A stretch of 25,202 bases of DNA from a virus (taxonomy: Duplodnaviria; Caudoviricetes), in IMG/VR virus record IMGVR_UViG_3300028738_000069, positions 1 to 25,202 of that record; one strand, written 5' to 3'. This document shows, in pieces, positions 1-9,284 of this stretch. A program made the position numbers and the translations under genes. Numbering within the stretch: the stretch's first letter is position 1; the number at the start of each line of letters is the position of its first letter. Below the pieces are notes generated by a model. It made no database searches. It saw only the letters and a program-made list of their open reading frames with translations, and was not told where the DNA came from.

Positions 1-2
1 CA

Positions 3-1016
3 TATAAAGACATTTGGCAGCAGTCAAATAAGCGTAGACTTCCATTTAACCCCTTTGATTCTATTGGCCCTGATGGGGAAAAGTATACCCCGCCCTTTGT
101 GCAGAACATGAATCCTGACATTGGAAACGAATTAAGCGTTATCCAATCGTATCAAGGTTTAATGTCTGCAATTGATGGCGTACCCGCTGACATGGGCGGT
201 GGTGCCAATGAGACCGCAGAGGCCGTACTTACCCGAGCTAAGAGTAAAGAGACTAGCAACTATCAATTCCTATCTAATGCCGCTGAATCAGTCAAACAGG
301 TTTGCCGTGTGATTTTGGAAATGGCCTTGCTTGTTGGCGATACAGAGCAAGAGTATACCTTTGTCACTAGCGAAGGAATCGAAGTTCGCAAGATTGATCT
401 TTCCCAGCAAGCCATTGATCTAGGAAAACTCAAGTTTGACATTGACGCTGGCCCATTGATTTCAACGCAGCGCAAGGAAGATTTGCGTAGCCTTATAGCA
501 CTAGGCTCCATGCTTGGGTCTGATACGGCTATTGCCTTTGCGCCTGACATTGTGCGTAAGTCCGACATTGGAAACGCTGAAGACATCGCAAAGAAATTAG
601 ACATCCTTGCAAACCAGAAACTTGGAACAGGCGCAACAGGTCAAGCAGACCCCGCAGCCATTGCCGCACTCGAAAAGGCAAGCCAAGCGACGGATGCACT
701 TAATCAGCAATTGCAACAGGCGAATATCTATATCCAGCAGTTGCAGCTTGAACTTGCAAACGGTGAGGCGCAAATGAAGCAGGCGATACTTACCACGCAA
801 ATGAATAACGAAAATCGCATCCAGATTGAAGCAATGAAGCAACAGGGCGCAATGAATAAAACGCAGTTGCAGATACAAGCTGATGCAGCAGCCGATACAC
901 AGGCCGCGCAATTGGAGCTAGAAAAAGTCGAAGCAAATAAACCCGTCATTACGGTTGTGCAAGGCGTAAAGCCTAATTACAACTCAGTGGGTGGAATGCG
1001 TAACGACCTAGGATAA
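3..1016 (+). CDS. Portal protein, P22-like, C-terminal part (5' end outside window)
   Basis: Frame is open from the window start (YKDIWQQSNKRRLPFNPFDSIGPDGEKYTPP...). It contains 'MGGGANETAEAVLTR' and 'FDIDAGP..STQR', resembling P22-type portals, ends in a Q-rich coiled coil, and lies directly upstream of scaffold and coat. Confidence 0.8.
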   Translation, partial: YKDIWQQSNKRRLPFNPFDSIGPDGEKYTPPFVQNMNPDIGNELSVIQSYQGLMSAIDGVPADMGGGANETAEAVLTRAKSKETSNYQFLSNAAESVKQVCRVILEMALLVGDTEQEYTFVTSEGIEVRKIDLSQQAIDLGKLKFDIDAGPLISTQRKEDLRSLIALGSMLGSDTAIAFAPDIVRKSDIGNAEDIAKKLDILANQKLGTGATGQADPAAIAALEKASQATDALNQQLQQANIYIQQLQLELANGEAQMKQAILTTQMNNENRIQIEAMKQQGAMNKTQLQIQADAAADTQAAQLELEKVEANKPVITVVQGVKPNYNSVGGMRNDLG

Positions 1017-1063
1017 TAGGGCTGACAGACCTCTAAACAATGTCTGTAAAAGGAACTCACAAG

Positions 1064-1939
1064 ATGAGCGACACACAAGATACGACAAACGGTAACGACT
1101 TGGAAACCGTCTCCCAAATTCCAAGTAAATACGATGCCTACTATAAGGCTAGCGGTGATGGCTCCGAAGATCTGGGAGGATCTAAAGAGGAATCGAGCGA
1201 GACTGTAGTAGATGTCGAAGGCGTAAAAACCGAGGCCCCAACGCCAAAGGCCGAAACAAAGGTAGATGAATCTCAGCCGAAGAAAAGCGGATACGAACGA
1301 AGAATAGGCGTCTTGACCAATCGGAATAAGATGCTTGAGGATCGTTTAGCAAAGCTTGAGGCGGCACAGAATCAGAAGCCTGAAAAGGTGCTTACTCGTG
1401 AAAACTTTTTGACCGACGCAGAGTATGGCGCATATAAGGATGAGCAACTAGAGAAGCGGATTCTTGGAAGGGTGCAGCCTCAACAGCAGGCACCACAGGA
1501 TGACGGGTTTAAACGCTCCTGGAATGAAAAGGTTAATTCGACCTTGAACGAAGATGAGCGTGGAGAGTTGTTTGATTTGATTGGAGCGTATAAAGACGAC
1601 CCAGCATTTCAAATTCACGAAGACCTTAACGAATTCTTTGCCCATTCCCCAGTTGGCGCAAGGGCTATGCTTGATCTCTTGAACCGCCCAGCGGTGTTGC
1701 AAGAGATAAATAATATGCCTGCATACCAACGCTATGACGCTTTGCGAACGATTGAACAGGGCTTGACTGCTAGAACGCAGAAAGTACCACAGCCCGCGAA
1801 GCCCGTAGTTTCAAAGGCTCCAAGTCCTATTGGCACTATCGGAAATACTGGTATGCCCGCAGGCATTGACACCGATCAGGAGAATGATCCTAGACAGGTG
1901 CAAAGCTACTATATGAAACGATATGGCCCTAAAAAGTAG
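1064..1939 (+). CDS. Scaffolding protein
   Basis: Acidic low-complexity N-terminus, 'ERRIGVLT' coiled coil, 'RENFLTDAEY' and C-terminal 'VSKAPSPI', as in P22-like scaffolds; lies between portal and coat. ATG 1064 follows AAGGA; ATG 1040 is the alternative start. Confidence 0.75.
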   Translation: MSDTQDTTNGNDLETVSQIPSKYDAYYKASGDGSEDLGGSKEESSETVVDVEGVKTEAPTPKAETKVDESQPKKSGYERRIGVLTNRNKMLEDRLAKLEAAQNQKPEKVLTRENFLTDAEYGAYKDEQLEKRILGRVQPQQQAPQDDGFKRSWNEKVNSTLNEDERGELFDLIGAYKDDPAFQIHEDLNEFFAHSPVGARAMLDLLNRPAVLQEINNMPAYQRYDALRTIEQGLTARTQKVPQPAKPVVSKAPSPIGTIGNTGMPAGIDTDQENDPRQVQSYYMKRYGPKK

Positions 1940-1958
1940 GGTCGGGAGATAAAAGACA

Positions 1959-3137
1959 ATGGCTAATACAATCGTAAAAAGTGATATTGTCGTTCCGCTG
2001 CTTGGTGAGTTCGAACGCAATATGCAAATCCTAATGAACGGCTCTACTCAGTTCAACAAGAACTATGTAGGCGGTCATGGCTCAACTATCAATGCTGTGA
2101 TTCCTTCCTATGGAACCACGTCCACAGGTGCAAGCGTTGCATCTAACATCTCTGCCGTCACTGGCGGTAAGGTGCCTATTACCCTGTTGCAATACAACCA
2201 AGCGGTTGAATTGACTCAGGTGCAGCAAGCCTTGGAACTCTCTGACTTTGAAGGTCAGGTTGGTGATCCATACGGAATGAAGATGGCAAGCGACATTCAA
2301 ACTATTGCTGCAACTACCATCATGCTTGCCCATGATACCATTGACGTTATCGGCTCTGGTACTGCTGGCTACTCCAATATCGGCTCTGGTATTGGTGTAA
2401 TCAAATCAGCCCGTGCCTATGGTGAAATGGTAGGATGCTTGTCGAATGACTTAGCGTCTCAGGTGCAAAACTCTGGTTTGACTTTGTTCAATCCATCTAC
2501 TCAGATTTCCAATAGCTTCCTTAATGGTGGCCTTGGAAAATATCGTGGTGCAGATTGGTACGAAACACCAGATATTGCGCCTCTCGTAACTGGTACGTGC
2601 ACAGGATTCACCGTTACAAGCATCAGCACCGAAGGTACAACTGCCCTTGCCGTTACCGCTGCGACTAGCGGTCACACACTCAAGGCTGGTCAGTCCTTTA
2701 CCATCCCTGGACACTTTGCAGTAGACATTTATGGTGTGGCTCTCTCTAGCTTGTATCAGTTCATCGTGCAGTCCGACTATACTTTCCCTGGCACAACAGG
2801 AACCGTCCCAGTCAAGGCGTTGTATATGGCTGCTGGCCCACTTAAAAACATAAGCGTCTCCGCTGTTGTGGGTGCCGTTACCATGTCTCACGCTACTAGC
2901 ACGACCTACTATCGTGGCTTCATGTGGGCAAAGCCTGCATTCGTGTACGCTTCGGCTCCGATGAAGAAGCTGACCATGGTTGAATCCTTCATGGGCAAGT
3001 CTCCCAAGGGCTTAACCTTGCTTGGTTCGACTGGTACGGACATCAAGGCGGGTACTGACATTATCCGTTGGGATACCTTGGCTGGCTTTGCCATCCTTCG
3101 TTCCAACTGGGTTCGCGGTATCCACGTTAAGGTCTAA
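1959..3137 (+). CDS. Major capsid protein, P22 coat (gp5) family
   Basis: 392 aa, 'MANT' start, 'GSTINAVIP', 'LKAGQSFTIPG', C-terminal 'IIRWDTLAGFAILRSNW'; followed by a strong terminator. Confidence 0.85.
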   Translation: MANTIVKSDIVVPLLGEFERNMQILMNGSTQFNKNYVGGHGSTINAVIPSYGTTSTGASVASNISAVTGGKVPITLLQYNQAVELTQVQQALELSDFEGQVGDPYGMKMASDIQTIAATTIMLAHDTIDVIGSGTAGYSNIGSGIGVIKSARAYGEMVGCLSNDLASQVQNSGLTLFNPSTQISNSFLNGGLGKYRGADWYETPDIAPLVTGTCTGFTVTSISTEGTTALAVTAATSGHTLKAGQSFTIPGHFAVDIYGVALSSLYQFIVQSDYTFPGTTGTVPVKALYMAAGPLKNISVSAVVGAVTMSHATSTTYYRGFMWAKPAFVYASAPMKKLTMVESFMGKSPKGLTLLGSTGTDIKAGTDIIRWDTLAGFAILRSNWVRGIHVKV

Positions 3138-3145
3138 TAAATAAC

Positions 3146-3186
3146 AGGCTCACTATCCTCTATCATGGGGATAGTGGGCTTTCTTT
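3146..3186 (+). terminator. Rho-independent terminator after capsid gene
   Basis: Stem GGCTCACTATCCTC / GGGGATAGTGGGCT followed by TTCTTT. Confidence 0.8.
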
Positions 3187-3201
3187 ATATATGGAGTTCT
3201 C

Positions 3202-3921
3202 ATGTCATTAAATGTCCGCGCTCTTGTAAATGACGCATTCCTATCCGCTGGCGTTCTCAACTCGAATACAGGCCGTGGGGTAGAAGGTATTGACGCTAAT
3301 CAAGGTGTCATTATTTGCAATGAGGTGTTAGGACAGTTGAACGTGGAAGAATTATTTCCGTTCCAAATGAGTATTGTAGAATTTGTCATTCCTACACTCA
3401 AGTTTAATTGGACTATCGGGCTAAGCACCGCAGACATTGCGGCAATCCGTCCAAGCTTTATCAATCAAATTTATTTCCAGTATAACACGAACGCAAGCCC
3501 CGTGCGTGTTACTCAGATCCCAATCTCTGAAATATTGAACTACAAAGCGGTAAACGCTTCGGGTTCCCCTATCTATTTTGCTTATAATCCAAAGATGCCG
3601 AATGGCGAAATCATGTTCAACATTCGCCCTTTTGCGAGTGGAACGATCTCAATCATGTACACCACGGCAATTCCACAGGTTACGATCAATGATACCTTGG
3701 ATATTCCTCTTGAGTACAACGAGCTAATCAAATACGCCATTGCCCGTAAGGTAGCACAATACAAGCAAATGCCACTTGACGTAGTTAACTCTATTGACGT
3801 TCTCTACAAGGATGCCCGTTCCCGTGTTGGAACTCTTAATAGTCGTGGCAAGGTGCCAGTACTTGATGATACGGGCCGCACAAACATCACCCAGAACAAT
3901 GTACTCACGGGTGCAACATGA
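3202..3921 (+). CDS. Head-tail adaptor (P22 gp4-like)
   Basis: N-terminus 'VRALVNDAFLSAGVL' and 'LDIPLEYNELIKYAIA' resemble podovirus adaptor proteins; sits between coat and the gp10-like gene. Confidence 0.65.
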   Translation: MSLNVRALVNDAFLSAGVLNSNTGRGVEGIDANQGVIICNEVLGQLNVEELFPFQMSIVEFVIPTLKFNWTIGLSTADIAAIRPSFINQIYFQYNTNASPVRVTQIPISEILNYKAVNASGSPIYFAYNPKMPNGEIMFNIRPFASGTISIMYTTAIPQVTINDTLDIPLEYNELIKYAIARKVAQYKQMPLDVVNSIDVLYKDARSRVGTLNSRGKVPVLDDTGRTNITQNNVLTGAT

Positions 3922-5414
3922 TTATAGACTTGATTGGTCAGTCATACGAAAGCCCAAGCCGAAGCAATAGCCCACAAAGGACTATCAATTGGTATCTGAT
4001 CGACAATGAAGACAAGCAGGCAAAGTCTAAATATGTGATGGTGCCCACAGCGGGAAGTACATCAAAGCTAACTCTTATCCCCACAAATGGCTCTGGATGC
4101 CGTGGATTATACTATTCATCCTCTGGGCCTGCACCTGACTTTGAAAGCCGCCTATATTGCGTGTTTGGTACAACGGCCTACCGTATCAATTCAGACATGA
4201 CCTACAAGAAACTAGGCGAAATTAACAACGCTACTACAGCGGTTTCCATGATCGACAATGGGTTCTACTGCTTCATTGCCGATGGAACAAGCCTATGGCG
4301 TTCGCGCTTGCTTGATGATGATGCAACAGCCGCACTAGAGGCGTGTCCTTTGCCTTACTTGCCTGGCACAACCGATGTCATTAGTCCTGTGAGTGTTGTA
4401 TTCACGGGGCAGCGGATTGTAGTTAATGCTGGCAACTCAAATCAATTTTTCTATTCGGACTTGGCAAGCAATACGTTCCAAGCGGATTCATTTTATTCTG
4501 CGGAACAATCGAGTGACACGATCAAGTGTATCGCAAACGTGTCTGGCAACCTATGGGTATTTGGGCCTCGTTCCTATGAAATCTGGCGGGGAACAGACGT
4601 GTTTGATGACCCTATTGCCTTTGTTGGTGGATCCGCTACAGCTATCGGATGCCGTGCTCCATACTCTGTTGGACAGATCGGTGATACCGTTTACTGGCTT
4701 GGATCATCTGACGTTGGCGATAATGCCGTATTTATGGGGGCAGGATTAACCGCAAAGCGAGTATCTACTCAGCCTATCGAGTATGCAATCAGCAAGCTAT
4801 CAAACAAGGATAAGGCTATTGGATACTGCTATCAATCTACGGGAAATATATTTTACGTTCTTACCTTTGTTCAGGATAGGCGTACATTCGCCTACGAAGC
4901 CACTACAGGGCTTTGGGCAGAGCGAAACTACATTGACCCAGCAACGAACGAAGAGTACGCCTACAGGCCAGCATACGCCTCTAGAGCGTTCGGGGAGACT
5001 TTCTTTGGAACCTTAACAGATTCACAGCTTTGCATCCTTGACGATGATAAGTATGTGGAATATGATGGTGCCCCGATCATTCGGCAACGCATTAGCCCTG
5101 TATACTTTCAGGATCTTGATATGTGGCTATTGCAGCAGCTTACCATTGACATGGAGGTGGGTACAACTACTCTGTTGTCAGGCCAAGGATCCGATCCGAA
5201 AATGATAGTTTCCGTATCCTATGACGGTGGAATGACCTTTGGGGATTGGATGCTTATTAGTGTTGGACAGCAAGGCGCATACCGTGAGCCTGTGACCTTA
5301 AAGGGCTTGGGAATAGGTCGAAACATTGTAGTCAAGTTGCAATACTCAGAGCCTACCCCATGTTCTGTATATCAAGGTGCTATCTATGCAAACAAATGTC
5401 ATCGGGGTAGCTAA
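3918..5414 (+). CDS. Packaged-DNA stabilization / tail hub protein (P22 gp10-like)
   Basis: 498 aa; 'QRTINWY', 'CRGL', 'SAEQSSD', 'LWVFGPRSYEIW', 'IGCRAPYS', 'SYDGGMTFG' are characteristic of the family; ATGA overlap with the upstream gene. Confidence 0.85.
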   Translation: MIIDLIGQSYESPSRSNSPQRTINWYLIDNEDKQAKSKYVMVPTAGSTSKLTLIPTNGSGCRGLYYSSSGPAPDFESRLYCVFGTTAYRINSDMTYKKLGEINNATTAVSMIDNGFYCFIADGTSLWRSRLLDDDATAALEACPLPYLPGTTDVISPVSVVFTGQRIVVNAGNSNQFFYSDLASNTFQADSFYSAEQSSDTIKCIANVSGNLWVFGPRSYEIWRGTDVFDDPIAFVGGSATAIGCRAPYSVGQIGDTVYWLGSSDVGDNAVFMGAGLTAKRVSTQPIEYAISKLSNKDKAIGYCYQSTGNIFYVLTFVQDRRTFAYEATTGLWAERNYIDPATNEEYAYRPAYASRAFGETFFGTLTDSQLCILDDDKYVEYDGAPIIRQRISPVYFQDLDMWLLQQLTIDMEVGTTTLLSGQGSDPKMIVSVSYDGGMTFGDWMLISVGQQGAYREPVTLKGLGIGRNIVVKLQYSEPTPCSVYQGAIYANKCHRGS

Positions 5415-5806
5415 TGGCGGGAGCACAGAAACTACCAACTCGAATCACCGAAATTACCCTATCCCTTGCGAAGCCTGCAACCGAAGGGGAACAGAGGCTT
5501 GCATTTACCTCTGTGATAAATGCGTTGCAGGGGCAATACGGGCAGGGCACCTTTGACGGAGGCGTTGCGGGTGACGGGTATTGGTGTAAGTACGGATATT
5601 TCTTTGATTGGCGACTATCGGTAAATATAACTACAGCGGGAAGCTATACGATCACAAGCCCGTTTAGTTCCATCGACTCTTCTATATTAGTTTCTTATAA
5701 TAATGCTACGCCAAAAACATATATTGTAAGTGGAAACACGTTCACGGTTCCACTCGTTACTGGCGTGAATATTATTGAGTCATTTTTCAATCGGGTAGGT
5801 AAATAA
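5414..5806 (+). CDS. Hypothetical virion protein
   Basis: Translationally coupled on both sides (TAATG) within the structural operon. Confidence 0.6.
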   Translation: MAGAQKLPTRITEITLSLAKPATEGEQRLAFTSVINALQGQYGQGTFDGGVAGDGYWCKYGYFFDWRLSVNITTAGSYTITSPFSSIDSSILVSYNNATPKTYIVSGNTFTVPLVTGVNIIESFFNRVGK

Positions 5807-6621
5807 TGGTTTTGCCATGGGCAGCGATAATCAATTCCGTAGACGATAACAAAGATAAGACGGCCGCAAACTTTGGCAGTGGTGCAGAGGCGTACTACAA
5901 CAACAAAATGACAAAGGCCGAACTCAAGGAATATCTTGAGGGTCTTAAAGCCCAGAATGCGGATATTGCAAACCGTGGGGCAGAAACATCGCAAATGTAC
6001 CAAGATGCTTATGGCAATCTGGTATCTAATTACGATGACACAGCAAAAGGGTATTTTGATTACCTGAATAATTACGACCCGAATCAGTTCAACGTATCAA
6101 CTCCGAAAGAAGAATTCTCGTATGATCTGATTGGAAAGACGAATGAGTTCATGAACCCAGAACTGGATGCAATCATTGGACGGGCATCCGATACCGTTCA
6201 ACAGAGTGCAGCCAATAATGGCAACCTATTCAGCGGTGCAACGGGTAAGGCTATTACTCGTTCCGCTTCTGACATCACAGCACAAGAGTATGATAAGGCA
6301 CGTCAAGCGGCACAGCAAGACAAGCAGAGCGCATATCAGCAATACACTGATAAGTTTAATCAGGCTTTGCAAGTAGCACAACAGAACGCAAACAACTATC
6401 AATCAGGAATGACCGCAAAGACGAACTTGTTTAATGCTCAAAGCGGAATTAATGACAAGCTATTGCAAGGCAAGGTCGACACAAAGAACGCAGTCGATGA
6501 AGCGCAATTGCAGAACGAAACAAACCAGATCGAAGCGAACGCAAAGGCAGCGGGAACCACTAGCGGTTTAAGAGCATTTGGTCAAGGATTCCTTGGATCT
6601 TTCGCAAGCGTGGGTAAATAA
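5806..6621 (+). CDS. DNA transfer/ejection protein (gp7-like position)
   Basis: Q/N/A-rich helical protein with 'VQQSAANNGNLFSGATGKAI', typical of podovirus DNA transfer proteins. Confidence 0.7.
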   Translation: MVLPWAAIINSVDDNKDKTAANFGSGAEAYYNNKMTKAELKEYLEGLKAQNADIANRGAETSQMYQDAYGNLVSNYDDTAKGYFDYLNNYDPNQFNVSTPKEEFSYDLIGKTNEFMNPELDAIIGRASDTVQQSAANNGNLFSGATGKAITRSASDITAQEYDKARQAAQQDKQSAYQQYTDKFNQALQVAQQNANNYQSGMTAKTNLFNAQSGINDKLLQGKVDTKNAVDEAQLQNETNQIEANAKAAGTTSGLRAFGQGFLGSFASVGK

Positions 6622-7823
6622 TGGCTCCTAACTACGCACAGGGTTTAGGACGTTTCAATCCTAACGACTTTGAAGATCAAAGCCTTTTTTCTAAGGCTTT
6701 CCAGAATAATGGAGTGAGTACACGCCAATCTACCCAAGCCCTCGCCAATGGGATTCAGGGAATGGTGGACAGCAATAAGGACGAACAAAACAAAGCAAAG
6801 GCGCAGGCGATTCTTGCCAAGATGCAAGACCCTAACGATCCTGATTTCAAGGATCTTACACAGTCACAGAAATATGCAAAGGCGTCTCAATTGTTGCTGC
6901 CTTATGACGAGAATGCAAGTAAGCGTTATTTAGATGCCTCTCAAGAGACGGCAAAGGATGAGACAAAGGTAAACACCGAAAAGGAATTACAGCCTTTGTA
7001 CGATAATTACAAAAAATCTCTGGACGCCTATAGTGCAAGCCCTAGCGACGAAACGGCAAAGAATAATGTTCGCTACGCTATTGCAGAGCTAAAGCGCAAG
7101 GGCGTAACTCAAGTAGAAAATCCTATTGATGATACCCTACGTCAAAACCAGATCGACGCAATGAGCGGATTTCATACAAGCTCACTTGAGCAAAATCAAG
7201 AGCAATTTGACGCGCAGCAAAAGTCAAATGAAGAAAAGTTTCAGAATATGCTTGATGAGCAAAAGAAAGATAGAGATTTGCAGTGGGCGAATTTCAATTT
7301 GCAAAAGAAAAAGCTTGACGATGAAGCAAAGAAAACTCCAGCGGGTGACAAAGTTGGGGGCGTTACCGAAGCACAGAAACAAAAGGCAATACAAGCGGAC
7401 GCGGTATTTGATGAGCTTGCGCCATTGATGACAGATAACTTTGCTACTACCATCATTGGGAATGGGCTTACATCGCATAACACGATTATCAATGCGATTG
7501 CAAATAAGGTCGCAACCGATGACCAGCAGCGAGTCGGACAGGCATTCCAGTCGTATCGAAACATTGTAGGCCGTGTACTTTCTGGTGCTGCAATCGGGGA
7601 CAATGAATGGACGGCCTTTGAAAATGACATCCCCAAGTATGGGGACACTCAGCCAGTTCTAGAGCAAAAGAAAGCAAATCGAATGGCGTGGATTGATAAT
7701 ATGGTTGCAAGGGCAAATAAAAATGCACTTCAATCTTCGGTTATTCCTGTCGATACTTCAGCTGCAGTCCAACAACCAGCAGCAAAAAAGAATTACACCT
7801 TTACACAGGTAGGCCAACAATGA
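6621..7823 (+). CDS. Putative ejection/internal virion protein
   Basis: 400 aa helical, with a 'SGAAIGDNEW...IPKYGD....EQK' motif seen in podovirus ejection proteins; synteny. Confidence 0.55.
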   Translation: MAPNYAQGLGRFNPNDFEDQSLFSKAFQNNGVSTRQSTQALANGIQGMVDSNKDEQNKAKAQAILAKMQDPNDPDFKDLTQSQKYAKASQLLLPYDENASKRYLDASQETAKDETKVNTEKELQPLYDNYKKSLDAYSASPSDETAKNNVRYAIAELKRKGVTQVENPIDDTLRQNQIDAMSGFHTSSLEQNQEQFDAQQKSNEEKFQNMLDEQKKDRDLQWANFNLQKKKLDDEAKKTPAGDKVGGVTEAQKQKAIQADAVFDELAPLMTDNFATTIIGNGLTSHNTIINAIANKVATDDQQRVGQAFQSYRNIVGRVLSGAAIGDNEWTAFENDIPKYGDTQPVLEQKKANRMAWIDNMVARANKNALQSSVIPVDTSAAVQQPAAKKNYTFTQVGQQ

Positions 7824-9253
7824 TGTATTTCATTCCCAAGGGAAAAGGGCCGCAAGATGCCGTAATGGTTAATGAGGCTGAAAGCGTTGCTGATGTGAAA
7901 GAGGCGCTAAAGCAAGCCCAATACGATTCTACAGGCGTTCGCGTCTTTACTCCAAAAGAGTTTAACGACATGAACACAAAGGCGACTACTTTACGCACTC
8001 AAGGAAAGTTTGAAGGCGCAAAGGCAAACGAGTTAGCAAAGAATCCAAGAATGCAACCAGAGCAAATTAACGGCCCTGTAGATGCTCTTGGAATTGGACT
8101 CTCACGCTTTATGTTTCCAGTTGCCTCAGATATTGCAGAACGTGGTGGATCTGAAAACGAAATAAATGCGTCCGCTTCAATGGAAGCCCCTTCGTTGTTA
8201 ATGCTTGCAAATCCTATGGCAAACACCTTTGGTAATGCGGTAAAGCAAGGTGCAGTATACGGGGCTTCTAATGCGCTTGCAAGGTTTGCGGGTGGTGACG
8301 AAGTAAATCCAGTTGAAACAGGTCTTGCTGCTGCGGGGCCGTTAGCTATTGGGGCTTTGCCTCGAATGGGGGCTAATGCTGGTGCGGAGATGGTGAAGAT
8401 GGCACCAAACATTTTGCATTCCTCGGTCGTTCCTAAATCGGGAATGATGAAGGGAGCAAACCCCCCAGACTTTGAATTCGCTTTGCAGCAGGAAGGCTTG
8501 ATTCCTATGGGCGGAACTATGGGAAACCAGATTGAAGGAATGGAGCGGGGTATTGAAAACAATGTAAAGCGCATAAGCGGAGAGCGCGAAGCAATTCCCG
8601 CATGGTCGAAGGGAACCCCGATAAATATCATCAATGGCGTATTTAAAAACGCAGAGCAAGCGATTAACAATGAGCGCATGACTGTACCACTAAAAAAGGC
8701 CGTACGCACTGAGCTTGCAAAGCTACGCAACGACTACGCGGAAGAGTGGGGTAGCAATTGGAAATCTGTTGGGGACGCCATGGATGAGCGCTCAAAGTTA
8801 GGGAGCGAATCTAAGGCTTTTGTAACGGATGCTGAAAATGTAACAGCAAAAAAGAAAGCCCAAGAATTGCTTGCCCGAGAAATTGGAAACTACGTAGAAA
8901 ATGTGTCCCCCGAAGTAATGGCAAAGACAAGGGAAATGGCCCCTTGGATGTCGCTCAAGAATCCTGTAGAGAATGCAGCCGATAACACACGTTCTAAGAC
9001 CTTAATTCCACTGGGATACACTCAGGCCGCTATAGCCGGAGGAATGGCGGCTGGCCCTGTTGGAGCGGCTGCTGGGTTGCTTGCTGCCAACCTATCAAAA
9101 ACCCCAGCGGGCGCAAAGCGCATTTATGACCTTGGGCGATTTATGGCAGAAGAAAACCCAGAAACGTTAAGCCCTATAATCAATGGCGGAAGCCGATTAC
9201 TACAGAATCAAGTAGAAGGCAAGAAAAGAAAGCTATCTGATTACGGCAAGTAA
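7820..9253 (+). CDS. Putative ejection/internal virion protein
   Basis: 477 aa with G/A-rich hydrophobic stretches ('AAIAGGMAAGPVGAAAGLL'); third gene of the ejection cluster. Confidence 0.55.
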   Translation: MMYFIPKGKGPQDAVMVNEAESVADVKEALKQAQYDSTGVRVFTPKEFNDMNTKATTLRTQGKFEGAKANELAKNPRMQPEQINGPVDALGIGLSRFMFPVASDIAERGGSENEINASASMEAPSLLMLANPMANTFGNAVKQGAVYGASNALARFAGGDEVNPVETGLAAAGPLAIGALPRMGANAGAEMVKMAPNILHSSVVPKSGMMKGANPPDFEFALQQEGLIPMGGTMGNQIEGMERGIENNVKRISGEREAIPAWSKGTPINIINGVFKNAEQAINNERMTVPLKKAVRTELAKLRNDYAEEWGSNWKSVGDAMDERSKLGSESKAFVTDAENVTAKKKAQELLAREIGNYVENVSPEVMAKTREMAPWMSLKNPVENAADNTRSKTLIPLGYTQAAIAGGMAAGPVGAAAGLLAANLSKTPAGAKRIYDLGRFMAEENPETLSPIINGGSRLLQNQVEGKKRKLSDYGK

Positions 9254-9284
9254 AATCTAAATTATCGTATATTACGAGGTTATA

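Noticed and set aside
1025-1047. ACAGAC/GTCTGT hairpin before the scaffold RBS as an autoregulatory element
   Set aside because: Only a 6-bp stem; not distinguishable from chance without homologs.
7999-8730. 243-aa antisense ORF and other antisense ORFs in the structural operon
   Set aside because: Shadows of coupled + strand virion genes with no recognisable motifs.
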